From the NCBI GenBank assembly GCA_000091205.1, contig AP006486.2: a stretch of DNA of 64,000 nt; one strand, written 5' to 3'. Below the pieces are notes generated by a model, which had not been told where the DNA came from, ran no database searches, and was given only the letters and a program-made list of their open reading frames with translations. How positions within the stretch are numbered: position 1 is the stretch's first letter; every line of letters starts with the position of its first letter. Positions 24,893-37,420 of the stretch are shown piece by piece. The DNA comes from Cyanidioschyzon merolae. Its lineage: Eukaryota. The position numbers were made by a program, and so were the translations under genes.

Positions 24893-26510
24893 TCAATGCA
24901 TCTCTGATAGCCGAGAACGACGATTTCGGGACTTGAACGGTGCCATCTGTAGCCTAGACGGATGACAACGGAGCTCAAAAAACATGAGAGACCTCTGCAT
25001 TTCAAGCTCGAGATACAATGGAGGAAAAGGAAGCAGTCGCAGAAATTCCCGAGTTGCTTCGGTTCATAACAGAGCAAGGATACGCAAACTTGTGGATACA
25101 CGTCTAAGTTACCCAAGCGTAACCGTTCGAAGTCATCCTCACATGGATGTCGTCAGGTCAGGGCTGCTGCGCAGGTTGTGCGTAGCGCCCGCAACCCTGT
25201 TTCTTCGGTAACCACAACGGTGAGCAGACCCATCACCCGAACTTTGCCCCGGTCATCGAGTTCCTTCAGCGCGTCTCGCTGTGACGGCAGCTGTATTGCT
25301 TGCGGAGTATGCTGGAACCGACGCCTCCAGGTGACGCTCGGAACAGCTATCCTTATCCGTTCCGTCGTTGTACGGCGTCTGCAGGAAGCTCCGCGCCTGG
25401 ACGGATGCTGCTTTGAACCGCCATGCCCAGGGCGAGTCTCAGACAGGCACTGGTGGCACGCGAAAGTGACCGGTAAAGCCGCTTTACTTTCGTCTCCGCG
25501 GGCACCTGCTGACGCTTACGCTTTTCACCATATAAACCCTCCGAAAACCGCCGATTGTGTTTCAGGGCAGGGTGCATCTTGTTGACCAGACGCGTCGGTT
25601 GCCCAAACGGTTCCAGTGATCGAAGCGAAAACCTGGTGTCCTCCGCAGACGCCTGGCCGCCAGTTGCGCCCATGAACGCATACACTTGACACCGTATCGC
25701 ATAGAACTCGTATGCTGCATACAAGGCGGTGCCACACGACTACCTGTCCGAGTGCTAGCGCCGTTCTTCAACACACAGCAGCAGGTGCGAAAGCGGGTCC
25801 ACGAGTCCAGCACTCCGCGCTAACAGAAACTCAGCTCGAGACTCTGAGAGAAACGCAACTTACGTACCAGAGTCTTGCACAGCATACAAGCGTCCGGACT
25901 GTAGAAACCTGATGTGTTTCAATTTCCGTCACTGTTGAGGCTGCAGAGGTCGCACGCACGGTCGTTGCGCTTTAGCACTACGAAACGCTCTGAGGGCCGC
26001 TCTGAGCACCGAGTCAGCACCTCAGTCTGTTGGTACTGAAGAGACGCTCTTGAAGCCGACTTGTGTGCGTCCTGCTTTCACAGGTACACACACAGGGCGC
26101 TATCGCTCTATCATGACCAGTTGCCTGGCGACGACCGCGAACGACACCAAAAGGTGCCACTCGTGCCACATAGGTACGACTCTGGGGTCAGCGTGCGAGC
26201 AAGTCGAACAGTGCACCGACTTGGACTCCGTACTCGAAACGCTGAGTACACTCATGAAGCGCACTGCTTGGCGAACGCGACGCCAACTGCCGAGCAGGTC
26301 ACCTGCTACACCACAAGGTTTTTCTTCGGCATCGTGCACGACACATGAAGGCGTTTGATGTCCACGAACGTGTTTAGAGAATTGCCACCCACACATGACA
26401 CGACAACCATACGCACTACAGCATCGCCGCTGCCGCTGTTATCGTTATCATCATCGTTGTTGTCGTTCTACGCGTTGCCGCATCCGCTAGCACCCGCTTC
26501 CATATAAACT

Positions 26511-29500
26511 TCAAGTACTGGACGTCACGCCTTGTGTCCAAAAAATCAAACCCGATGCCGTACGCTGCGAGGCATCCAGGCTCGATAGTTGGCAGACGAC
26601 ACAACGCGTTGCCGAGGTGTATGTTGCCGTACAATACGGGCACGATCGCACTGCTCCGCGATCGTGTATGGGTACCAGCAGCTCCGCATCGATGGCAAAG
26701 ATGCGCTGCTCATCGTACATGTCAAGCGGTAGCACACGTGACACTGCTTCTTGTTTCGAGGTACTGGAGCGTTGTTCGCTTCGCCGTCGACGTTCCGCTA
26801 AGGCGATCACTTTGTTCGCGGCAGCGACAAGTTCCGGCGCTGGTTCCGTCTCTAGCACACGTTGCGCAAAGCGCACAGCAAGTGCATCAAACTGCAACTC
26901 GTAGGCGAGCTTCATGGCCGCACGAAGCGCCAACAGCAAATGCGGCGGTTCCAGGTTGCAGTGCGTGAATAGTGCAGACAGCTGCATGAGTCGCGCTCGA
27001 TCTGCGTCGCTGTCGAGACCGCGAGCTCGACAAGTTTTCTGTTCCAGCATTAGACGCATGCCGAGACGATATTCTCGACAAGTGCTGATCAGCGAGCGAA
27101 GTTTTGCGTCGTCCGCAGCGCTCCGAACAATCGCAAACGGCATAACCCAGAGGAGTGATAGCAGCAGGCGATCCGCTTCGCCAAAGGCCCCGCGTGTTAC
27201 CAGACCGAAAATGTGCTCCATCTGCTGTTCGAGTCGATCGATCATCACGAATGCTGCCGGGGCTGGTGTCTCATCCGCGCTCGCAACGCAAGGCGTCTGA
27301 TCGATTCGCGACAAGCTCAAAGAAGCACAAGACGGGGACGGCACCGCGTGCCACGCCGCCGCATGAAGCGCCCTCAGAACCGGATGAAGTACCACGGGAT
27401 CCGCCAGACATATCTGCTCTACAAGCAGTGCCAGCGCCCGCTGAGGCTCTCCCGCAATCACCCATTCGCCGGGTACCCGGGCCTGGGCACGCCAAATCTC
27501 CTGCGTTAACGGACCGGGCTCCACGGGAATATCGGCCAGCGAATGTGATAAACTCGATGTGGTGACGCTTGCAGCAGGAGCAGCTGCTGCTGCAGCATCC
27601 AATGCAGCACTCGGATGCAAAGCGTCGCCAGCCGCCATCGCATGCCGGTCTTGGGAGCTGCTCGGCGACGTCACTGCGTCTGGAGGTAGTTCCAGGTCCA
27701 ATGTATCTGCCCAGCCGTCAGCAGCATCCGTTGCAGCGTTCGCAGCAAAACCCAGGAACCCGGCCTCATTTGCGACATGCGCATCCGCGTCGCCCATTGT
27801 CATGCTGTTCGACCTCTCTGTGTAGTCACCGGTGTGCATCGCGTCACCCAAACGGCCAGCAGCTGCCGTCCAGTCACTCGCAAGATACCCCGTGCTCGAA
27901 TGCTGACTCACGGATGCCTCGTAGAGGTCATTAGCCGGCGCGATGCTCGCCGCCTGCCGCGCAGCACCGTCGAAAGCGCCTGCCGCGACGCCTTCCGATG
28001 CATGATGCGCGTCGACGGACTCCGACGTTGGCATCAGGGGCCAATTCTCCTGCGCCAGCGTGGCGTCCACCGGGGCGAGCGGTGTCTGTAACTTCTCGAC
28101 ACCCGCAACGTATGACCCTGCCGTTGCATCTTCAGGTTCGTACGTTGCGCTCAGTAGGGAAGCTAAGGCATCAAGGCCAGCCTTTTTGAGCGTCTGCACA
28201 CGACTTTCGGGGTCGCCGAGGACCAACGCGATCTGCAGCTGTGCGGGGATATCCTTTTGGGCATCGGCGATGTCATAGAGACGTTCCAGCTTCTCCCAGT
28301 TGCCCGTCAGAACGTATAGAAACAGCAAACGCTCCAGATTCCGAAGACGCTGAAAACAGAGCTCCGCAAGCTGAACCTGCCCATATTCCATTGCCTTTTC
28401 CGCTAAACTCGACCAGGCTTCGTCATCGTCCATCTGGCCCGCCATGTCGAGCGCTGTCTGCAGATAGCCAGCACTGAGCGCGAGCACGAAACGCGTCTGT
28501 GTTTCTTCGGTAAACCACAACGCAATATCGAGGTATCCCTTTTGCTGGAGGTAACCGATCATGCTCTTGCCGGGAAGTCGTGACTCGGCAAGCGCTTGAC
28601 GAACACGGTCATATTGCTTTCGCCAAAGCAACAGCTTGAACGTGTATTCGGTGGGATCGATCGCCAAAGTTTGCGGCTGCGCCCGGCGATCAAGCGCAGC
28701 AACAGCGGGTCCGCGTACCCACGTCAGGTAGAGCGGTTCTTTCAGAGAACAGATGATGCCAGCATCACCGTTCGGCAGGCAGTACTTGAGATGACTCGTG
28801 GTCGTATACACTAGAACGCCGGATTCGTCCCAGGCTGCGGACTTGATACGCATGGTCTCATGGAGAAGCGCGAGCCGTTCCATTTGTCGATTCACGATCC
28901 AGAGCGTGTGCTTCGCCAGCAACGCCAGGTACGTTCGATCCTCCGACCAAACTGCGTATCGAATGAGCGGTGCGTCGAGCGTTGCAAGCAGTTTCTGCCG
29001 CTGCCAGTCCCAGAGATGCACCTGATCGCGGGACGCAAACAACACAAGACCTGCCGTAGCCGGAAACATAAATCGAATGCCAGTTGCAGGCAGCGGTATC
29101 CGACGCTCGCTACCCTGCGACAGATCGCGGAGGAGCAAGGCATCTTCCTCGAGTGTGAGCCAGCGGCCTTGTCCTAGTAAAACCGACGAGAGCGCCGGTA
29201 CGCGACGAGGTTCAACCTGCAAATCTGGAGAGTCCCCGGAAACGTTACGCGGTTCTTCGATGCGCTGTGGCAGCTGATACAGCTCGGCGAAGCCACCGTC
29301 CGCATCGTACTGCAGTAAAAGCGCACGATCCAGAGGCTGGTACTGGAGGGAGCGCGGTGGCGGCGTCAGCACCGCGTTGCCCGTACTGAGGCCGAACAGA
29401 ACACCAGGCGCGGAAATACCGTTGCTTCCCCCCAGTGCCGACAAGCCCGTGGTGCCCTCACCGCTCATGCCGGGCCAGGATGATCCCGTATCATTCGCTG

Positions 29501-30800
29501 GCTGCCGTCCGCGGGCCATACAAACGGGCCACTCTCGACCTGTGTCCAGCTCGAGCGCCCGAACGAACCGATCCCGCACGTACACAAGCACGCCATTCTC
29601 CAGCATTGTGAACGGGGGCCGCTCCCGGTGGAGTTTGAAAATCATGCAGCCGGAATCATGACCCGCCGCCATTGCACTGAGACGAGGGTGCACTGCCAGA
29701 ATCCAGAATCGATCCATTTCACGCCTGTAGATCGCTATGCAGCTCCTCCGAGACAAATCCCACACGCGAATCGTCTTATCTTCCGAATTCGAGACGAGCA
29801 CATCAAGATGCGGATGGAACAGCACGCATGACACGTTGTTCACGTGACCGCGTAGGGTGTCAACCTCCCAGGCCCGTGATTCCGTGTACCGCCAGAGTTT
29901 GATTGTACGATCATCTGCACCCGATGCGATGAGTGGCAGACTCGGATGGAAGCTGACCCAGTTCACGCCGCGTGTATGGCCTTCGAGCGTAAATTTCACA
30001 GCGACATCGAGCCCGCCACCGAGGCGCTCGATCACTCCACTGATTCCGCCGGTGCCGCCACCATATGCACCGGACCCCAAAGTAGATCCAGAGGAGCCAC
30101 CAAACCCTGACATGCTAGGCGCACCCATTCCTCCACCCGTACTTTGCGGGGCTAGTGCAGACCAGGGCGCACTACCGGTACCGAAGCCGGTGCCTTGGTC
30201 TCGGCCGGGTGCCAAAGCATTCGCGTTGGCGCTCGATCCCCAGAGACCTGCAGCCGTGACAGCTGCGATAGCTTGGGCAGCGTTCGCAGATCCACCACCC
30301 AAACCGGAGATATCCCACACTCGAATCGTCTGGTCAAGCGACGCAGATACCACCAAATCCTCAGCTGGATGAAAACTTGCGCACATCACGTAGTGATTAT
30401 GCCCACTGAGCACCGCCAAGCACGTGCGATTTTGCCAGTTCCACACCCGAACAGTCTGGTCATCAGAAGCTGATACGATCCACGGCAGTTCATGATGAAA
30501 TTGTACCGTACGAATGTAGTCCGCATGGCCGGTCAGCGTGAAGAGACAACGCCGCAGCCCGTAGTGGAAAACTTTGATCTTCGCGTCATCGCCTCCAGAA
30601 ACGAACAGCGGCTGACTCGGATGGAACGCAATCCCCCGCACCGGGCCTTCATGTTCATGATAAGTGTCAATAACCGTTGCTAGTCGATAATCAAGCAACT
30701 GGATAGCTCCAGAGTGCAGCGATGCGAGCAGCCACGGCCGTTTCGGGTGAAAAGACAGGCCTTTTACCCTGCTCGACTTGGACTCAAACGAAACAAGCAT
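26511..30800 (-). CDS. COPA: Coatomer subunit alpha (COPA), intronless
   Basis: From the ATG at 30798-30800: MLVSFESKSSRVKGLSFHPKRPWLLASLHSGAIQLLDYR...GHNHYVMCASFHP...DQTIRVWDISGL. This is the canonical COPA N-terminal WD40 propeller, followed by the conserved alpha-solenoid and the C-terminal Cys-rich domain. A ~85-aa Gly/Ala/Ser-rich insertion (about 29930-30215) sits in a propeller loop. Confidence 0.92.
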   Translation of the reverse strand: MLVSFESKSSRVKGLSFHPKRPWLLASLHSGAIQLLDYRLATVIDTYHEHEGPVRGIAFHPSQPLFVSGGDDAKIKVFHYGLRRCLFTLTGHADYIRTVQFHHELPWIVSASDDQTVRVWNWQNRTCLAVLSGHNHYVMCASFHPAEDLVVSASLDQTIRVWDISGLGGGSANAAQAIAAVTAAGLWGSSANANALAPGRDQGTGFGTGSAPWSALAPQSTGGGMGAPSMSGFGGSSGSTLGSGAYGGGTGGISGVIERLGGGLDVAVKFTLEGHTRGVNWVSFHPSLPLIASGADDRTIKLWRYTESRAWEVDTLRGHVNNVSCVLFHPHLDVLVSNSEDKTIRVWDLSRRSCIAIYRREMDRFWILAVHPRLSAMAAGHDSGCMIFKLHRERPPFTMLENGVLVYVRDRFVRALELDTGREWPVCMARGRQPANDTGSSWPGMSGEGTTGLSALGGSNGISAPGVLFGLSTGNAVLTPPPRSLQYQPLDRALLLQYDADGGFAELYQLPQRIEEPRNVSGDSPDLQVEPRRVPALSSVLLGQGRWLTLEEDALLLRDLSQGSERRIPLPATGIRFMFPATAGLVLFASRDQVHLWDWQRQKLLATLDAPLIRYAVWSEDRTYLALLAKHTLWIVNRQMERLALLHETMRIKSAAWDESGVLVYTTTSHLKYCLPNGDAGIICSLKEPLYLTWVRGPAVAALDRRAQPQTLAIDPTEYTFKLLLWRKQYDRVRQALAESRLPGKSMIGYLQQKGYLDIALWFTEETQTRFVLALSAGYLQTALDMAGQMDDDEAWSSLAEKAMEYGQVQLAELCFQRLRNLERLLFLYVLTGNWEKLERLYDIADAQKDIPAQLQIALVLGDPESRVQTLKKAGLDALASLLSATYEPEDATAGSYVAGVEKLQTPLAPVDATLAQENWPLMPTSESVDAHHASEGVAAGAFDGAARQAASIAPANDLYEASVSQHSSTGYLASDWTAAAGRLGDAMHTGDYTERSNSMTMGDADAHVANEAGFLGFAANAATDAADGWADTLDLELPPDAVTSPSSSQDRHAMAAGDALHPSAALDAAAAAAPAASVTTSSLSHSLADIPVEPGPLTQEIWRAQARVPGEWVIAGEPQRALALLVEQICLADPVVLHPVLRALHAAAWHAVPSPSCASLSLSRIDQTPCVASADETPAPAAFVMIDRLEQQMEHIFGLVTRGAFGEADRLLLSLLWVMPFAIVRSAADDAKLRSLISTCREYRLGMRLMLEQKTCRARGLDSDADRARLMQLSALFTHCNLEPPHLLLALRAAMKLAYELQFDALAVRFAQRVLETEPAPELVAAANKVIALAERRRRSEQRSSTSKQEAVSRVLPLDMYDEQRIFAIDAELLVPIHDRGAVRSCPYCTATYTSATRCVVCQLSSLDASQRTASGLIFWTQGVTSST

Positions 30801-31167
30801 CGTCAACGCGCTTGCAGGATCAAGACTTTCTTCCCTCTGCTTCAAGAGCAACAGGCACCAAAAAACTGGTACTACGTAAGGCACGGTAGAGTCCCAGCAA
30901 GGCGCTCAAGCAAGTGCGTTCCGTGTCTACACCAGGCCCGCAACGCGACCGATAGGAGCTCTTGTTTCGGGCCAACGTGATCACCCAAACTTGCAAAGTC
31001 TGTCCTTCACCAGCCTTATCCCAACAACAGGACTTTGTTCAAGCCCCTACTCTTGCCTCTCTTGTTGGTTAGTCGCTTCCGCAGGCGACTCAAAGTGCTT
31101 GTGTATTCAACAAAAGAAAAGCAGATTCTGATCAGGCTTTTGCCGCCGTCGCACGGCCGCCAAACGG

Positions 31168-31370
31168 ACACGCATCGACACGCATTCGCACGCATTAGCA
31201 CGCATTAGCACGCATTAGCACGCATTAGCACGCACCAGCAGGAATCGACACGCATCGACACGCAACAGTAGGCATCAGCACGCACCAGTAGACAACAACA
31301 CGTACCAGTAGGCATCGACACGCAACAGTAGACAACAACACGTACCAGTAGGCATCGACAGGCAACATTG
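31168..31370. repeat. Compound minisatellite: (cacgcattag)x5 followed by ~40-bp units (cgcaacagtagacaacaacacgtaccagtaggcatcgaca)
   Basis: Direct read. It lies ~370-570 bp upstream of the COPA start codon, in the COPA 5' intergenic region. Confidence 0.9.
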
Positions 31371-32627
31371 CTATGCGTACGGCACGCACCGCTGCGTTTG
31401 CTGCACATCAGGAGCAAGCTGGCCGACCTGAGCGGTGACGGATGTACGCGGAGCACAAAAATGAGTGCTGTGTTCCTGTATAAAGATTTTTTTCGAACTT
31501 TCATAGACGAAAAGTCATGAAAAACCTAGTGCAGAAAAAAAGACGGACGGATTCATTTGTAGTTCAGAGATTCTCGGTCGACTCTTTGCAGGAGCTCCTT
31601 TACCGTCAGATGGCTAGGATTCTTTACGGAATCGGGATCAAGATGATTTGCGACGCTACTCTCCTAGAGGGTCCTAAAATAAACGATAGCGTTATCCAGC
31701 GCATGCGTACAAGCCTCCAACTGTGTTCTTTCCATGCCTGTAGCAAGCTCATACCATGCAAGCTTCAAGTTATCAATCTTTCTGTTTCGGGCAACGCCTG
31801 TGTAGAGCAATTTGAGCAGCTGCATTGACGACGAAGAAAACCTCAACGTCAACTCTTGTGGGCTGTTTCACAAGATCATGCCGAAAGCTCAGTGAACTTA
31901 CCATGTTAAGCAATTGATTCCGTTCGTTAAACAAATCTACCAATCTTTATGGGTGGCGGCGAAACGGCATTCCGCTGCAGCGCGACATTTCGTAGAGGAT
32001 GGGCTCCCGGAGCCTTCCGTCTCTTCTGTTCGCATGGAATCATACAAATGACCGCAGTTCAGCAGTACGCGCTCCAGGTATCCGCACGCCAGCGATCTTC
32101 GCAACTGGGGCGAAGAGTGCTCCCCGCATACACCATGCGTATGCGCTGTGTTCTTGCGGGTCCATATGTGTGTCGTGTCGTTTATAGGATCCGGGGAACT
32201 TGCGGTTGTGCGCAATGGTTATCGGCAGCAGGGAGATCGTACGTTCTTCCATGGACCCGAAATGCGGCGACCACGACAACCACCGACACTTCCACGATCT
32301 TGCTCAGTTACCTCGATCCTCCTGGTGTCGTACGTCCGCCGGTGACACCCGCTAAGACGTTTACTCGCTTGTCTGGTGACCTGATTCCGCAGACAGGAAA
32401 CTGATTCCCCAGATACGGCGTCGTTGATAGTCTGGTACACATTCGACGCATCCGCGGACTAGCTGTACATCACAAGGGGGCGCGTTCAGGAGCCCCTGGT
32501 GTATCCAGTGTCACAGGCGATTCACATCACGATCAGAGCGGCATCCAGAGAAGCAGATCATGATCACATCGATTCCAATACTTGTTTACACGTGCAGTCT
32601 CGTACTAGTCTCGTCAAGATGAAGCAC

Positions 32628-33605
32628 TCAGGAAGCTTCCAGGCGACGTTCCTGTGCTACCTGTTCATGCACGTACGCACGAAACCTTTCCAAATCTGCA
32701 AGCAGCGTACGTTCGACGAAACCCTGCAACAAGGGCGCACTCTTGAGCCAGAGCGCTACCCATGCTGGCAACTCAAACGCCAGCTCAATTTCCAGCATCG
32801 TACTCGGAACAGACGATGATGATAACGATGATGATGATGACGACGACGGCGACGACTTGTTCGTGTGCTCCCGAAACGCTACACGTCCACGATTACGGAG
32901 GCCTCGCACGGATTCCCAGGCAATCTCTGTTGGCGGCTCGACACGAACCATACGAGCTTGCCAGGTGAACTCCAGTCCCTTCGCTGCAAGCGTCCAGTGC
33001 GTCAACTGCGGGTCTCGAGCATCGACTCGCACAGAGCGAAGCCAGGGCGACCAACGCGGCATCGCGTCGAGGTCACGATAGTGAGCAAACACGAGCTCCC
33101 GGGGTGCATCCACCTGGATAGCGGCTCGATGCTGTACCCAGGCGCACTCGAGCCGTCGTCGTACAACATGACGATGCCTAGCTGCGCACTTACGGACTTG
33201 TGTGGGTACCGTTTGCCAGAAGCCGGACACGCGCACCGCATCACCTGCGTCAGCTGGCAACGTCACCGACCGCTGAGCGAGCACCCAAGTCCCTGGTTGA
33301 GCGAGGACGTGCGCTGCGCGTACACGCCGACCCAAACGCCCTGCACTGCAGCAGATAGCGAGTCGAGTTCGTGGCAACGGGCGACCAGTAGCACAGAGCG
33401 CCCAGCCTAGAGCAAACGCTCGAGTCACTTGCGCCTGTCTGCTGATCAACGCTGGCTGCAGGCTCAATTCAGCGACAGCTTGCGTGCACGCGAACTGTTT
33501 GCAACGTGCTGGGGTACCGATGACGCCGACCTCAACGCCAGTGTCACCCGCAGCGCCACGCCAGGCTGCCGTACCGCAAGCTGTTCTCCGCGCACCAGAC
33601 ACCAT
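32628..33605 (-). CDS. SRPBCC (polyketide cyclase/dehydrase, Coq10/START-like) domain protein with an Arg/Ala-rich N-terminal extension that may be a targeting peptide
   Basis: The C-terminal ~190 aa read AAIQVDAPRELVFAHYRDLDAMPRWSPWL...THWTL...GLEFTWQARMVRVEPPTEIAWESVRGLRNRGRVAF...LEIELAFELPAWV. This fits the SRPBCC ligand-binding fold family. An internal poly-Ser tract is present. First in-frame ATG is at 33603-33605. Confidence 0.6.
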   Translation of the reverse strand: MVSGARRTACGTAAWRGAAGDTGVEVGVIGTPARCKQFACTQAVAELSLQPALISRQAQVTRAFALGWALCATGRPLPRTRLAICCSAGRLGRRVRAAHVLAQPGTWVLAQRSVTLPADAGDAVRVSGFWQTVPTQVRKCAARHRHVVRRRLECAWVQHRAAIQVDAPRELVFAHYRDLDAMPRWSPWLRSVRVDARDPQLTHWTLAAKGLEFTWQARMVRVEPPTEIAWESVRGLRNRGRVAFREHTNKSSPSSSSSSSLSSSSVPSTMLEIELAFELPAWVALWLKSAPLLQGFVERTLLADLERFRAYVHEQVAQERRLEAS

Positions 33606-34105
33606 CGCCTGGTACCGGCCGATGCGCACTGCGAGACGAAACGCTTATCGTGCTTCGGATGTCGCTGTCCCGACTGACCGTAACGCTCACTCGAGGCAGA
33701 ACGGACGTCTGCACAGGAGCAGGCACCAAAGTGCCTCGTTGTTGCCCAGAGCCACTTGGCGTTGCCGCCAGAGCGCTCCGGTCTGTGCGCCGCTCGGGTG
33801 TCGGCAACACGCCACAACCCTTGCCAGAGCGTACAGTTAAGGAGGACAGCGTTTTACTCTTGCGCTGCACTAGAGATCGAGCACCAACAGTTCGCACTGC
33901 TCTACGAGCAGGTAACTCGGTGGCGATGCACCGTCCAAGCACAGCGCCGGGTGCTGGTACCCAGTTGTCGTACCTTTTTGGCAGTGTGTACGGGCAGTCA
34001 CACGGCCGCTGCGGTTCACGAACCTGGAGAGTACACACTCGAGCGATCAAGTACTCTAGCACGCAGATTAGAGGGTTGGTAAGCGACAACCGCGACCCGA
34101 GCACA

Positions 34106-34131
34106 CCCAGACACAGACACAGACACAGACA
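34106..34131. repeat. (ACAGAC)n hexanucleotide repeat
   Basis: Direct read. It lies just 3' of the separase stop codon. Confidence 0.85.
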
Positions 34132-34152
34132 ACACCAGTACTGGCAGTCGTG

Positions 34153-35716
34153 TTACCGGAACGGTGCTCCGTAGACCACAGAGGCGGCGGCGTTCACCCA
34201 GCGCAGGCGACATGCAGCGCGCCCGGCCTGCAGCGCTGACGCAACCAGCAGAGGCGCTGCTGTCGAACGGGCATCTTCGACGACGCATCGACAATCCGAG
34301 TCAGCGTAGAATTGTTCTTGTCGTTGATGGTGTTGATGATGATGACGACGACGACGAGGATATTCGACTGGTTGTTCTCGACCGAGTCGCTGTGCATCCG
34401 CTTGTTCACGTTCGTGCAGTGAAATCGACGACGATAGCACCGCCTGTGTGGTTGCCGAGCGCTGGTGCGGCTCGGAGCGAGTCGCTTCCAGCGGGCAGAG
34501 CTCCTCCGAGCTCGTACTTGTCCAGGGTTTGCCAGGCATTGTGGCTGGCGGCTGTGCATTCGAGTCTGACCCCCGGGGTGCCATAGCATCAACTGGGGAG
34601 CTCTTGGCGCCGACGCACTGCGGACTCGTGGCGGCCGACAAGTGCTCCCACGTCGCCACAGTGAGTCGATCCAGGTCGCCGTCGGTGACATCCCAGAGCT
34701 GCGCGACGACGCCGTGGGCACCTGCGGCGAGCCAGTCGAGCGCTGCTCCGTGCGCATCGAGTGCCTCAGCGTGCTCCAGGAGGCCGCTGCGACAACCCAT
34801 GAGAAACACAGCCTGGGGCAGGGTCGTCGTTTGACGCACTAGGCGGCGTGGTTGTAGGTATGCTTCTCCGGTCCCGTGTCCGCAGTAGAGCAGAACACAG
34901 GGCTGTACTGCGGCCAGCGCTTGGGTGATGCTGGCGCGCTGGCTGTCGTCGGCACCAGCAGCGCTATCAGCATTTGCAGAAGCGGCTGCGGTTGCGGCAA
35001 GGTCGGTCCATCCGTACCGTAAGCGAAACCCGGGGTGATGCTCTAGGAGAGGCCGCAGGAAACGCTCGGTGCGGCGCAAGTCACCAGCTGGATTCAACAA
35101 GAAAGCTCCACGTTGCCAACCGGGTACCGCACTGCGAGTCAGGTGATGGTAGCGCTCCAGGGCTTGCTCGATCGCCGCACTAGCAGGGAAACGCATCGCA
35201 GCCGCGTGGCGCAGCGTCGGTGTCGACTCGAGCGGCAGCAAGTCGTGCTCCGCGTCCAGGAGCAGCAACACAACCGGAGCGACACCGGAATCCGAGCTGG
35301 TCGCATCTGGCACGCTACCGGCACCATCGAGCTGCTGCAGCTGCGATGCAGACGCGGCGTTCGACACCGAAGCCGCCAATGGCAATCCGCACAGGAGCGT
35401 CTCGAGACGCTGGTCGAGCCAGCGGCCCAGCTGCTGATCGAGGCGGGTGCGGGTGTCCCACCAGGCACGTCGCTCCGGAGCGGAAAGCGAGAGCGCCTCC
35501 GACTCCGAGGCAAGATGTGTTTGCGTGCCGGCCTGCAGCAGCTGGGCAAGCTCGCGCGCCAACTGCTGCGCGTCTGGCCGCTGGTCGTCGTGTACCAGCC
35601 GCTGGGCGTGCAGGTGCAGCACGGAACCCCGTGCGGCCTTGGTACAGCTGCATTCCGCGTGCTCATTGCAAGGCGTCCACGAAAGCGACTCGTCTGCCAC
35701 GTCATGTGGGGCATCT

Positions 35717-35752
<36 letters not shown>

Positions 35753-37386
35753 AGGGAAATGCTGCCCAATTGATCGACCAGGTCCGCGGGTGGTTCAGGT
35801 GCCGCGCCACTGCGCCACAGAGCGACGCGGGCGCTCTGGCCGCTCGTTGCATCGTACCGTAGCGCAATGATCATCCACCCGAGGGGAAGCAGTCGCCCGA
35901 GCCGCTCCAAGTACTGCAGGGGCGGCAATGTGTCCCAGACGGACGGCGCTGGCGCCGCATCTGCCTCAGCATTTGCGTCTGCGGCTTTCGCCCGACGCCG
36001 GAGCAGTGCACAGCGTTGCCGCCATCGCGGTGCGAACGACCGCAGCAGCGTTGCGGTACCGCACACACGAAGCGGCCTCGACGCAGGCACGTTCCGGTCG
36101 ATAGCAGCGACGCGAAGCATCGCAAAAGCCACTTCAGCGTAGATTGCGGACGCTACCAGCCAGGGCGATCCGCCCAGGTCGGGCGCTGGAATACCGGAAC
36201 GCGACCTGGACATGCCGTTTTGCAGCGGCAGCAGGTACGCTTTGCACAGCTGCCAACAGTGAGCGACATGGTCGTGGAGTTGTCGTGCATCTGGACGCTT
36301 TGCCATCGTGTATCGGGTGTGGCTGCTGGCAAGCCCCAAATACAAACCCAGCGCCTCCAAATACGCCGGCAAGCACTGCCCAGCAGTAGACGCAGCCAAC
36401 AGGGCCCGCAATCGCTGGGCAGCCTCCTGGAGCATCGCAGCTGCCGACGACGTGCTGTTGTGTTGATCACCTGTAGTCGAAACGAGGAGCGCCCGGTGCT
36501 GCTGGAGTTGCAGCAGCGCGTCCCACGGAAGTGCGCCGACTTGATCTGATTCAGAGTGCACTCGGCTGTGGAGTTGCTGCGCAACAAGCTGCTGCGCGCG
36601 TTCTGCGGCCTGTTGCAGTGCTGCCAGGAATCGCTGATAGAACGTCGTATCGCGCGGCGATGTCGCATTGCGTCGTAGCCAGTATAGTCGAAAAACTTGC
36701 TGCTGAATTTGTTGAACGGCCAAAGGTAGCGTCCAGAGTGAATACGCCGCGTTCATGCATCCATTCCACGCTCGGCAGAGTGCCACAGCTTGGCGTCGAC
36801 ACTGCTCCGCGAGTTCCGCTTGTCCAGCTCGCGTCCGCAGCAGGGAGAGCTGCATGAGGCTCCGAGAGCGCGCTGCGTCTAGAAGAACTGGCGCAGGCGG
36901 GCCCGCGCACAATGCTTGAATACGTTCATGGTAATAGAGGCCGTCTTTCCATGCCCCAAGGCAAATGCTAAGATTAGCGAGGAGATCCAACGAACGACAG
37001 AGCGCTCGCGTCGGGTACTCTACGACTGCGTCCACTGGCCTGAGCTCGGCGGCCTCCACTGGCCGGCTCTGGGTGGCGATGACCAAATCCCCAACGATTG
37101 CCGCCGTGGAACGAGCGAGTACGCTAGTGCCAGCGCCAAGCACGGGTATCGCCGGTGAAGGCGTCGATTTGCACGGGAGCAGTAGTTGCTGCGCCTGCAA
37201 CGCACATCCCAGGGCTCGGTTTGCGTGCTCGATGGCTTCCACAAGCAGGTGACTAGATGCGAGCTGTTTTGCACTGCGCATTTCAGAGTCATGCAGTGCT
37301 AGCATATCTGCAAGGCTTGCGTTGGCATCTGCGAGCGTTGACCTTGCTACCGGGGCCTCGAAACGATCCGCATCCTCCACTGAATC

Positions 37387-37420
<34 letters not shown>

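Noticed and set aside
35113-35870. Long ORFs antisense to or overlapping the separase gene (35113-35862 +, 35139-35867 -, 35220-35870 +). Similar cases lie inside SPT5 (14613-15317 -), COPA (29857-30372 +) and opposite the J-domain gene (45998-46780 +)
   Set aside because: High GC and low TA content suppress stop codons in all frames. These ORFs have no recognisable domains and biased Arg/Ala/Pro composition. They overlap well-supported genes on the other strand or frame.
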